From Peribolospora baueri (lineage: Eukaryota), in contig JAMDHS010000083.1 of the NCBI GenBank assembly GCA_029717555.1, forward strand, positions 62,001-89,478: DNA of 27,478 nucleotides. The letters run 5' to 3'. The position numbers and the translations under genes are program-made. Below the pieces are notes generated by a model, which worked only from the letters and a program-made list of their open reading frames with translations, was not told the origin of the DNA and searched no databases. Positions 1-10,553 of this stretch are shown here, one piece after another. Every line of letters begins with the position of its first letter. Position 1 is the first letter of the stretch.

Positions 1-2356
1 CATAGTCTCAAGCCAAGGTCCAATAGTCTCGGTCCTGTAAGGCACCGGCCTGCGCGCGTGCACACAGATCTTCAAAGCGTCGGATCGGATCTCGACAAAG
101 TTGTTGATGTACGCCATGAGACCGGCTAGCGGCCATGCCACGGACCAGAGAGTCACGTAACCGAACTGCGCCAGAGGTCAGGGGAGCCACGGGTCAGCAG
201 CCAATTTCGCACAACGCAGCTGGTCATCGGAGTGCTAGTCGAGTCGACGCTCACCTGCGTCGCCATCTCGGCATAGTCGACGAACAGACTGTATTCCGGC
301 AGCTCGAGCTCGGCCTCGACGCGCTCGACAAAGACCTTGTCCTCCTCCTCCTCCTTCGTCTTCTCCTGATCACCGTCGGGAAGAGTCTTCTCGCCCTTGC
401 CTTCTCCGTTCTTGCTCGTAGCACCTCCCTGGTCGTTCGCGCTCTTCTTCACCGTGTGCTCGTGGACCTTGTGCATGACGAGCCGTTTGAGCCACGGCAC
501 GATCAGTTCGGTTGCTAGGTTCGTCACCTGGCCTGTGACGGTGTAAGCGAACAGTTGTTTCTCCAGCCTGTCCGTCGAGACCTCAAAGTGCGGCCTCACG
601 TCCTTGCCACCGTTGATCATGCTGTCCACATGGCTCTGATCCGACGACGAGCCAAAGCCATCGAATCGGAGTCCGAGAGTATGGCCGAACCGATCGACGA
701 TGGCGGAACCAAAGGGGATGTATACGTACGCAGACAACATAAGCGCCCCGTAAGCGACAAAGGCGTTGAGAGCGAACATCTTGATCGTCAGCGAATAGTC
801 GTGCGAGCTCTCGTGATGGTGGTTCTCCCAGTTTGTCAGCCCCGTCGCCGTCTCTTGCCAGAGCGCTAGGATGCTCGGGATGACGGTGGCGAAGATGACG
901 GTGGGAATGTAAGGCTATCGACCGAGTTAGGGCATCGGTATATGAGTCGTGGCGAAAACTCACAAAAAAAAACCTTCGAGCGACAAACTGCCGCGTCCAG
1001 AGCAGACTTACGACGTATTGGTGACCCGGTCCATCGTAGAGCTGGGATACGAATTCCTCCAACACGAATATCACCGTCATGACCGCGCCCAGCAACGCGG
1101 CGAACAAGAGCAGAACCTGTACGAAAAGGAAGATCCATCAGCGTCTTGATCGACGTCGAGGAACATCCCCGCTGAGCGGGTCCACTCACCGGCAGACTGG
1201 CCCAGGTGCGCATGTCCCTCTTCCACCAGGGGAAAACTTCGACGATCTCTCCTGTCGCCTCGTCCATCTCACGCCTCTCCGGCTTGAACCCGTGCCGTTT
1301 GCTCTCCACTTTGCGCACCCCTCGCGTCCCCCACCGGACAGACAGCTTTCGTTCACGCATCCGCCAGCTCTCCACGAACACTGTGCTCCACCCCACGGCG
1401 AGGAGCGAGTAGAGAGCGGAAAACGACACGCCGAGGGACCACACGCTGAGACCAAGGACGGCGATCGGGAGCAAAGACAAGAAGTAGTAGTTGAGGAAGG
1501 CGAAGTAGAGCGCCACAGCCTCGCCAAAGTGGTTCCGCACGCTGTCCAGTTCCGCGAGCGTGATGCCGCGAAGAGAGAGGCCCTTCCCAGAGCTCCAACG
1601 CTGCAGCCATTCGCGGTTAAAGGTGGCGTCGTGGAGAGGCGTAAGGGAAAGCAGGTGCGGGAATTCCTCCGAGCCCGGTCTGACGCCCGCGCCGGGCAGG
1701 TTTTGCGAGACGGCGGAGACCGTCGCCGTTGGTTGGTCCGCGTCCGTCGAGGCCTTTGTCGAGATCACTTCATCGCGAGGAGGTGAGACGAGGAGGTGGT
1801 GGACGTGGCGGAGTCTCTCGGCGGAAGACAGCGTCTCTGGATTACGCGACGACGAGCGCCGGTCCACGGCAGGTCCGGGGACGAAGCTGGTCTTGACGCC
1901 ATGGAGCCAGTCGCTGAGTCTGACGATGCGAGCAGGGACGCGAAGGCCAATGTGATGAGGAGGGAAGACGAAGGTGTACACGGCCGTCCGGCGTGACCGC
2001 CAGTCCATGCTCATTCACGCGCTGCCCTCCCACCTTTCATGGTTCATCACATCATTCAGCCTGTCGTCGGGGCAGCTCACAAAGACGAGCAGCCTGTTCG
2101 AGCCCTCCGAGCCCTGCCGGACGGTAACCTTGAGCCCGACGAGCTGAAGCCTGCTTACCAGCTTCTCGAACTCGGCCCCCCTCTCCCTCTCCTGCACCTC
2201 CCGTCCCTGCCCTCGGCCCTTCTTCGACTTGGCGTCATCGAGCTTGATACTGAACTCGAGCACGTAGTCCACGCCAAACGAGCCAGGCTCGTCACGGGAC
2301 TTCTTTTCGGACGATGTGCCCGGCGAGACGACCGCTTGGGCGCTGTCGGGGGCCAT
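1..2356 (-). CDS. Anoctamin/TMEM16 family protein (Ist2-like Ca-activated channel/lipid scramblase), 3' end truncated by window edge
   Basis: Predicted exons 2356-2034, 1919-1190, 1116-1012, 914-255, 165-<1. All introns are GT-AG and the frame is maintained (661 codons visible). Anoctamin motifs: LTPLHD, 'VRNHFGEAVALYFAFL', 'FVESWRMRERKLSVRWG', 'LTNWENH', 'LFVDYAEMATQFGYVTLWSVAWPL', 'INNFVEIRSDALK...RRPVP...IGPW'. Confidence 0.93.
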
Positions 2357-2738
2357 TGATTGAAGAGCGTTAGGCGGAGGCGATTTGTGGTCGGCCGTGT
2401 GCGATGGTGTTGGCAAGGCAGGGCACAAGGCCGATTCTGGGGGTTAGATGAGCAGTCGAGGCCGCGGACGGGCGCTCTTCTATCTCCGCGTTTCGTTCAC
2501 GCCGAACGCGATGACGTTCCGAGCGATCGGACGGGCGCGCAGAAAAATCCAAAAATACGCGCACATGTACATTTTTCCATCTCTCACTTCGAGATTCGTC
2601 AGGCCAGTTACCAGCTTCTATACATGGCCGCAAACACGACTGGCGCCCCCTCTTCCATCCATATCTAGACGGCCCTCTAGTTGGAGGTCAGCGTGATTAA
2701 CGGTCGAGCAAAAAGTCGTTGAAGGCTGCGCGAACGCG

Positions 2739-2748
2739 ATCACGTGAC
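2739..2748. promoter_or_regulatory. Candidate bHLH E-box (ATCACGTGAC) in the anoctamin/API5-like divergent promoter
   Basis: Palindromic TCACGTGA core matching the RTCACGTG Cbf1/CLEAR-type site. It lies in the 567-bp gap between ATGs at 2356(-) and 2924(+). Single site, function unproven. Confidence 0.3.
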
Positions 2749-2923
2749 ATCACTTGCTGCGGTAGCGACGAGTGAGATCGCCTGCCGTCCCCCGAAATTC
2801 TCTCTGCCTTGAGGACGCATCGAAACATCGTCAAGAGCTTTTCTCCCTCACATCTTCTTCCAACCCCCTCTACCGACTTTCTTCCTTCCACGTAGGCCGA
2901 AGACGCAAAGCCTATTGCGCCGC

Positions 2924-5900
2924 ATGTCCATCGATCCGCCTCATAACGGGGCTGTCCGCCGACCTCAGCCTCACCCCGACGTCTACCAGCTTGGAGGACT
3001 GGAGGGGAGGAGCAACGGGCGAGAGATGCCGGGCAGGAAACGGGATGTGAACAGGGACAGGGATGGACGCGGACGATCTCGCTCCCCACCACCTCGTGGT
3101 CAGACGCTACGGCGGCCTCGACCATGGGGCGCCGGCGCCGGCGGCAGTCGATCTCCAGCCTTCCAGGGGCCGGGGCCGAGTTTCGAGCCGCAGGTTGATG
3201 CCCAGGCGCTAGCCACCCGGATAAGCACCTGGATGGGCGTGTTCAGCAACCAGCAACGAAACCAGTTGGCATATGACGCCGCGTTTGAGAAGCTTCTCGA
3301 TCTTTACGACGGGCTGGTCGACGGGAGCGCCAGTCCAGGGATAAGTCGCGGGGACGCGGGCGGGTTGATGGAAAGGATCAGGACGGGCTTGGTCATGGGC
3401 TTTGAGGACACGTTGACGCGCGACCTCCAGGCTAGGGCGATGAAGATTGTTGGACCAGAGGTCAAGGCGAAGCTGAAGGGCTTGCTCGACAAAGCTCGAA
3501 ACGACCCGGCCGTCACGGCGCGCGTGCGGAGACATCTCGATCTGATCCACATGCGGGAGAAGGAGGCCGCTGCCGCGCGCCTGCCGCGGTCGCCCCTGGG
3601 GCCATCGCCAGGTGGCCAGCCTTCCGCTCCAACTTCTGACGTTCGACATCGCCCTTCATCGCCTCCACGTCGACGCCATGCTTCTCCCCCTCGTTCACCT
3701 GACCCTCCTCCGACGAGGTCGCTTCAGAGCCAACTGAAGGCGTTGGATGCCATGGGAGCTCAGGCGAGGTACGAGAAGCTGCTGAAGATGTTGGATACGG
3801 CTACTTCCTCTGGAAAGGAGGAAGACCTGTCCCAGATCCGGCAGCAGCTCATTGACAAGTTCTCCACCGAGCTGCCTCTAGACCTACAGACAAGGGTGGT
3901 AGATGTAGTGTTTGACCTGTGTGAGGCGTCTGAAAAGGAGGTAAGTTGAACGAACCGCCAAACTTTCCGAGTGGATGGGTATGGTGTGAACTCATAAACC
4001 TTCTGCCCGGCCTTAACCAGACTCGAATCGTTGGCTACAAAGCCCTCGGCCGATTTAGCGACGTCGATTCTCGTCTCATCAGACAAAACACCGATGTTCT
4101 GGTTCAGCTTCTTCAAGTCGGTGAGTTTCTATGCTGATGCTGCGCTTTGGCCGCACAAGCTGACAACCCTGTCTCTCTTGACCTTGGCAATCCCCTTAAC
4201 CTGTGTAGAGGACCAAGAAGAACTCAAGGTTATCCGATCAATGCTTCTGGACCACCTGATGAAGGATCCATCGGCGGCTCTAGAAGTGATTGTTACAGAT
4301 CACTGCACTGGCGATCTTCGATCTATTGCTTTACGATTCCTCTTCTATAACGGTGCCGAGTTCCGAAACAAAATCCTCAAAGGCAACGCGGGTCTCGAAA
4401 CAAAATTTGCGGATTGGATGAAGCCGGTGCGTGATTCCTCTCGAGCGTCCCTGATTAGCCCTGTATCGCTCACGTGAGGAATATCTTCCCCTTTCTTCTC
4501 GAAACAGGTCATTCAAATTTCGGCAGGAGACGATCTGGTCAAGTGTCTCGTCATGCTCGTCCAGCTCGATATTTTTGCTCCGATACCCGAGGAAAGTGCA
4601 GTGCCGCCGGAGCGAGGGGCTTATTGGTGCGAAGTCTCCCTAGCTCTGGCCGCGAAGGCTGAAGCGGAGATCGACGCGTACATGTGCAAGCGTGAAGCCG
4701 GAGACGACACGGCATCGACGTCCTCCCGAAGGGGCTTGACGCGCCGTTTCTCCCGGGGTGGAGAACCAATTCCGTTTACAGAACTGTCGCCCACTCTAGC
4801 GATGGTGGAGCAGCAGATCCGTCTTCGGACCAGCTTCGAGTCGCTCTGGCCTTTCGTCGATCTCGCGGCTTGTCGAGTCTTCGCGTATCGTTTCAGGCCG
4901 TCAGGTGTGAAGGCGGGCGGAGATGACGGCGAAGCGACCTCATCGCTCGAAAAGGTTCCGATTTCTTCAAAATTAACGTCTTCGGCTTGCTCCTTCGCTC
5001 TGCTCGGGACAACCGTTCAAGCTCCGCTAGCGCGCCTCATTGCCAGCATTGTAGATCGCCGCTTAGGCTCGCCCGCGTCCGCCACCACCGATGGGACAGT
5101 CCCTCTCGACGCCCGGGATGCGAGCGTTCTCACAGATCTAGTCTACGGCGTTTGCATCACTATCACTGTGGGTGACGGGTGTCGTTCTGCTCCTTCTCAT
5201 CGTCGTCGTCGTCGTCGCCGTCGCGCTGCGGGGTGCAGAGGGACTTGGAGGGGCGCGCTATTGTCGACTTTCAGCAACCATGAGCAGGCTCGGCTAGCTC
5301 TCTCGCACGTTTGCCAGCCAAACCAGCTCGCGACGGACGGAAAGGGCTCTCGCTGCGCCTGTCAGGCTCCTCCAGCGTCGTCGCGGCGTGGCGTGACAAC
5401 GGTCGACGAAGTCGGGTGATGGGCGTAATATCAACTTACGGTGGACGGATCGCCCCTGCACTCTTTCCTCCCCTTCCGTTGCTTCTTTCTACAGGACGTC
5501 TTCGGCGGTCCGTCGGCCGCATCGGGTAAGATGGCTACCGAGCTGGGCGAACCCCTGCTCTTCATGCTGATGACGGCCTTCGACAAGGTGAGCGAAACGT
5601 TTTTGTGACTCTCGAGAACCTCGATGCTGATTTGATATTCTGGGACTACATGAACGCATCAGCTGCACAAGATGAAGGGGGCGCAATCGCACGAGCCGTT
5701 GGACTCGACAGACGTAGATGCTTTAGAGGCCATCATCGAGAATCCGGCTTTCTTTGATCGGCTTCGCTTGCTCCGTTCGACGGCTCAGGACTTCATCTCC
5801 AAGAACCGGGGCAGGCCCCGAGTCCTTAGACGCGCTTTGATTGCGGCAGAGAATGTGGTCGAGCTCGTCAAGGTTAGTGATTAGTGGTCATATCTCGAGG

Positions 5901-6943
5901 GCCAACAGTAAATGGGAGAGCTTACGAAGCTTATCTAATGTTCCCGGATTCAGGAGCTCTCCAAAGATCCACGTTCTCGTCAGCATATCCTCGACATCTC
6001 GCCATCTTGGTCGCAAAACTTAGCGTCCGACCATTCTCAACTGCCGGTAGCTCCTTCCCCCAGGGAGCCACTAAGAGCACCAAGCGCACCCAGTCCCCCG
6101 ACCGGTCCCAGAGAACGAGGCAGGACACGAATCGGCGACCAGGTTTGGACAAGGTTGAAGAGGACGTGGGATGACACGAGGTCGAACGAGGTACGGCGGA
6201 CGGACAGCTCGCCTAGTGGTTGCCGGGAAGGACCTTCTGGTGGCTCGCCGACGCCGGCTATCCAGGACAGGGACGAGCCGGCAGCCAAAAAGGTCCGCGA
6301 GAGCCCGCCCGAGAAGTCGTCGGAAGTCGACCCGCGGAGTCATTCGGATCCCCAGGCGTTCGACACGTCGCCGACTGCAGATCGTCTAGGTCAAGATCGA
6401 GGAGGACACAGGGAACGGGAGAGAGCAAGCCAGTGGGAAGAGGCCGAAAGCGGCAGCGGCACGCCCCTATCTCGCGAAAAAACGGCCGGAGCGTCCGGCT
6501 CGCTTCAGTCTCGTCTTGGCGGTTTGGCCTCTCAGGACGAGGCCATCCCTTGGAAGGAGAAGGAGCAGCAGGAGCAGCAGACGCAGCAGGAACCTGCTGA
6601 TGTCGGCCGCGAGGCTACACCGCACGGATTTTCTATCCACGGCGCGGCCGACAAGGCGCGAGGGGCGATGGATGGCCCAAGTAGGGAAGAAGGCGGTGGG
6701 CAGGCGGGAAGGAATCGAGGCGGCGAAGACCGAGACGATAGTACTGGTGCGGGCCTGTCTATTCGCGGAAGGGCGACAGGAGGAAGAGGTGTGGAAGGGC
6801 GCGATCCAAGCCGAGGTCCAGCGGCGATGGCAGGAGGCATCTCCATTCGTGGCCGGGCTGGGAGTCCACGCGACGAACGGCCTAACGGTGCTCAGCTTTC
6901 ACGCGAGCGTGATTTGGGATGGGCACGGCGGGGTAGGAGATAG
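2924..6943 (+). CDS. API5 (apoptosis inhibitor 5)-like helical-repeat protein with RS/SP-rich N-terminal and RG-rich C-terminal extensions, ~1095 aa
   Basis: Predicted exons 2924-3940, 4021-4120, 4209-4426, 4508-5167, 5495-5587, 5663-5872, 5954-6943 (3288 nt, in frame). The donor at 5168 is the least certain boundary. Spliced segments 'VFDLCEASEKETRIVGYKAL...NTDVLVQLLQVEDQEELKVIRSMLLDHLMKDP', 'GEPLLFML', 'FFDRLRLL' and 'ENVVELVKELSKDP...ISPSW' follow, in order, API5 motifs as I recall them (LDLCEDED..IRRQAIK; ADILTQLLQTDD; VECLLYSF; FKIRLQYF; NNINVLIKDLFH..VTLSW). Confidence 0.72.
5201..5224 (+). repeat. (CGT)n microsatellite
   Basis: CGT x5 followed by CGC CGT CGC, inside the predicted 327-nt intron of the API5-like gene. 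Confidence 0.8.
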
Positions 6944-7213
6944 GCCGGAAGCTGGGTAATCATGACCTCGGGCGGTAAATCGAGGGTACTTTCCTTTCTA
7001 GCATACCTTGTGTACTGTGTCATCGGGGAATCAAGAAGTGGTGTTTGGAGCGAACCGTTGGAACGGCACGTGATTGAGAGACTGCGGCCGGGGTTCGATC
7101 ATTGTATGCGAAGTACTGGCTGCCTCCTATTCATTAATCACACACGATCCCTCCGGCATCGCGTCTCATCGAGACGAGCGGCACATACCTTGTCAACGAC
7201 GGACGCGGGAGCG

Positions 7214-9179
7214 ATGGATGCTGAGAGCGCGATGCCAATGGCCGGGGCCGAGTACGGCTCGTGCAAGCCGGTGAGCATCGCAGATACCATCCGTCGCTCG
7301 GCCGCTCTCGCGTCGCGATCTCGCCTCGTCTTAGAGCGGACCGTGACATAAAATTTTCGCAGGTTGAACTCACCTCCTTGACGCTCTTGCAGAACCATGA
7401 CCGCTTTGCGCTTGCGCTGAGCATCTTTCTCTGCGTCGGTTTGGTCGTATCCTACCTACCGCAAGTGAGTCTGCGCGTCCTTTAGGGCTTCGGCCGGAGG
7501 ACGACCTCCCTCCCGGTCAAGGGCAGCGACCGTCCACAGTCTCTACGGACCCTGTCAACGCTTTGTTCACACCATCCTTTTCTTATCACTTCTTGTCCGT
7601 TTGCCTTGATAGCATTTCCGCATTATCCATAAGCGCTCTTCCGAGGGCTTTTCGCCATGGTATCTCCTCCTCGGCTCCACCTCCTCCGCTTCGGCGCTGA
7701 TGAACATGCTTAGCCTTCAGTGGAGCGTTGTGAGGTGCTGCAAGGTCTTAGTGAGCACATGGGCTCCTTATATGAATAATGGCTTATTCAGAGCGGATGG
7801 CTTGGTTCTCACTTGTTTCGCGCCTCGTTGCATCCCCGCCCTTTCAGACGCTCGGAAGCTGCCTCGAAAACATGATGGGCGTGGTACAAGTTTTCTTGCA
7901 GTGGTTCCTGTTCACTGTCATGTGAGCTCCATCCATTGCTTGTTCCCCCGCGCTGAATGTTCATCTCACGCCGATTCCACTTTCCCTACCTCTTTACCCA
8001 GCCTCGTCCTCTTCCTCATCTACTACCCGCCGCATCTCAAATACCTCCGAATTATCCCCTTGCCTTACACCACCTCTCCTGCTGAGACACCGACCACATC
8101 TACTGATCTGCACCTTTCAGTGAATCCCGCGATTGGCGAGATTGCCGTGCAAGGCGGATCTGTCGGTCCGGAGATTGTGAACGGGACTCCTACGACGAAG
8201 AAGGACGGGGCGGTACGCAGGGGTGCGCCCTCTGATGGTTCACGTACCGCGCCATCTGCAGCAGGCTCTAGCTGGAACGTCGTCGATCAGGGCGTGATGT
8301 CATTTTCTCGGCCGAGCCAGTACCCGAGGGGTCACGACCTTTTCGTTAACGTGGCCAGTGAGCCTGCCACAACCGATTCTTGGAAGTTGAGCGTAACGCT
8401 CGCGTGGATTGTTGCGCTCCATTTGTGAGTTTCTCATGGGAATTATCTCGCTACTTGGTCCGTCTTGGACCAGCATGATTCTAACCTGGCGCACGGCGCG
8501 CACTTTTGTCGCAGCGCGTTTATTACGATCACGACGCTGGTCCTGCTCTTCACCCTAAACCCCACCGCCAGCAGCCGCCGAAATCAAAGCAGCTCCTTCT
8601 TTACGCCGTCTAACCATCCGACCCTACGGCTCTGGGCTACCTTCCTTGGCCTCTCCTCCACGCTCCTCGCGGTGTTGCAATACCTCCCCCAGATCGTGCA
8701 TACTTTTAGGATGAAGGTCGTGGGCAGTTTGAGCATCGCAACTATGCTGTTGCAGGTACCCGGGAGCGCCCTCTTTGTCTACTCAGTGAGTGATCCCTTG
8801 GACATCTTCGTTCTGCAGAGATTCCGCCCCAACTCAGCGCTCAAATTGGTCCTCGTTTCTCGTTCCCTCCTTGTTCGGACCGCAGCTCGCCGTCCGCCCC
8901 GGTACGAACTGGACGTCGTGGATCACCTTCCTGGTGACGGGGCTGCTGCAGCTCGTGTTGCTGATCCTCTGCGTGTCTTGGAAGATCAGGCAACACAAGC
9001 TCGGCATCGACGATTTCGGAAACCTCAAGGACACGGGTTCGCCGCCTGTAGATTCGGGCGCAGGCCCAGCGGCGCATGCTCATGTCCGCGGCGCTGAAGA
9101 GGTAACGCGGCCCTCAGAGGTTCACGATCGGCAGGTGGATGAAACGACGCCGTTGTTGCGAAACGGTGATGATCGTTGA
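7214..9179 (+). CDS. PQ-loop repeat (cystinosin-like) membrane protein, probably vacuolar, ~442 aa
   Basis: Predicted exons 7214-7270, 7393-7464, 7613-7750, 7848-7921, 8002-8424, 8515-8785, 8886-9179 (1329 nt, in frame). Two PQ motifs: 'SYLPQHFRIIHKRSSEGFSP' and 'QYLPQIVHTFRMKVVGSLS'. Multiple hydrophobic helices and C-terminal DETTPLL. The start codon is uncertain (7214 or slightly downstream ATGs). Confidence 0.88.
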
Positions 9180-9350
9180 TGAGAGGTTCAGACCGGGATT
9201 ATGTTTTTTGCACGTTTTTCTTTACCTGCCATGTACGCTTAATGGGATCGTATCTCAAACTCGATCGGACCTCAAAAATTCATTTTTTGATTTCGCATTC
9301 GGACTCGCAACGCAAGGCGGTACCAACACCGGGGCAACGACAAACGGCCA

Positions 9351-10234
9351 TCAAAGACCGCGGGCCTTCATGGCCATGACCTGGGTGGGTTAAGGCAAAC
9401 GCGAGGGAAAGGAGTCGCAACAGTGAGGCCGATGAGGTTGCGTTCCAATCACAGTATGCAGGCCAAAGCCACCGGTAAGGGAGGGGAACGCACCAATTGG
9501 ACCTTCTTCCTGACCATGTCCGCGAACCGTCTCCGATGGCGCTCGCTCCGAAGCCTTCGCCTCGTCTGTGTCGGCTTCTCGTACCTGTCTTGCAACTTGA
9601 GCTCGCGGCGCACGTTGTTATCGCGGAGGATGGAATTGAGCCTGTTGAAGGCTCTGGAAATATCCCCGCCCGTGACAGGGACGCTGCGTCCCGTGGAGGG
9701 AGTGGCGGGGGCGGCGGGGCCGAAGAGCTGTCGGCGCATCCACCGGTCCTCCTGCCTCCAGTCGTTCTCGGCGTCGTTTGAAGAGGGCATCTTGCGGGAC
9801 GAGTGGATCCGTCCGGCGCTGGCGCCGTTCACGGTGCCGTAGCTAGCACGAAGACCTAGCACGGAGGGCTTCTTAAGCTCGTTGAGAGGAGCGAGACCGC
9901 CTGTTGCGCTTCGCATAATGTCCACGAACCACTCGTTGCGGTCTTGTTGGGCAGGGGAGCGTGAGGAGGATGCTGAGGAGGGAGATGAAGAAGGTCGGGA
10001 AGAGGACGAGGACGAGGACGTGGACGACGCTGGTGTCCGCCCGCTCGATTGGGACCTTGGGGCGTCCGCTGCGGACGTTCCGGTAGAGGAGAAGCGAGCA
10101 CGAGAAGACAAAGACGAGCGGAGAGTCGTTGCGGCTGCCGCTGCCATCGCTGTTGCACCCGCGCGCGCCGGGGAGCCCCGACTCGAGCCTGCGAGGACGC
10201 GGAAGGCGAGGGAGGAGGAGAGGGAGAGCGACAT
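9351..10234 (-). CDS. MRP21: Mitochondrial ribosomal protein bS21m (Mrp21-like), ~256 aa
   Basis: Exons 10234-9494 and 9380-9351. The N-terminus is Arg/Ser/Ala-rich and acid-free, like a mitochondrial presequence. The C-terminal S21 domain is 'GRSVPV..GDISRAFNRLNSILRDNNVRRELKLQDRYEKPTQTRRRLRSERHRRRF...KKVQL|VMAMKARGL*'. Confidence 0.88.
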
Positions 10235-10553
10235 GGCGTGCGAGGTGGACCGCGTTGGCTCGAGCACGAACGACGTCGACCGACGCATTCGAAAATGAAA
10301 GGGACGCAAGCGGTCGGAAATATTGGTAGCATGCCGCAGCAGCAAGTTTCGTCACGCGTGCCGCAGAAGTGATCGGAAGACGACGTGCGCCTCTGGCAAT
10401 CTCAAGTGCGCTCCTCCGTGCCCACAACCCACTCTTCCCTCCCCACCACCACTACTCCCACTCTGTCTGCCACCCCTATCCCCCGGCAGCCCCCCTGTGT
10501 CCCCGCGCTTGTTGTTAGAATTACAAGCCCTCGAGCTTTGTCGATTGCCCACC

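Noticed and set aside
5158..5272. Minus-strand frame ending DGDDDDDDEKEQNDTRHPQ followed by three stops
   Set aside because: Only ~35 codons after an upstream stop, with no ATG. It is the reverse reading of the (CGT)n repeat.
7085..7105. GGTTCGA (tRNA T-loop/B-box-like)
   Set aside because: No T-stem pairing or cloverleaf in the flanks.
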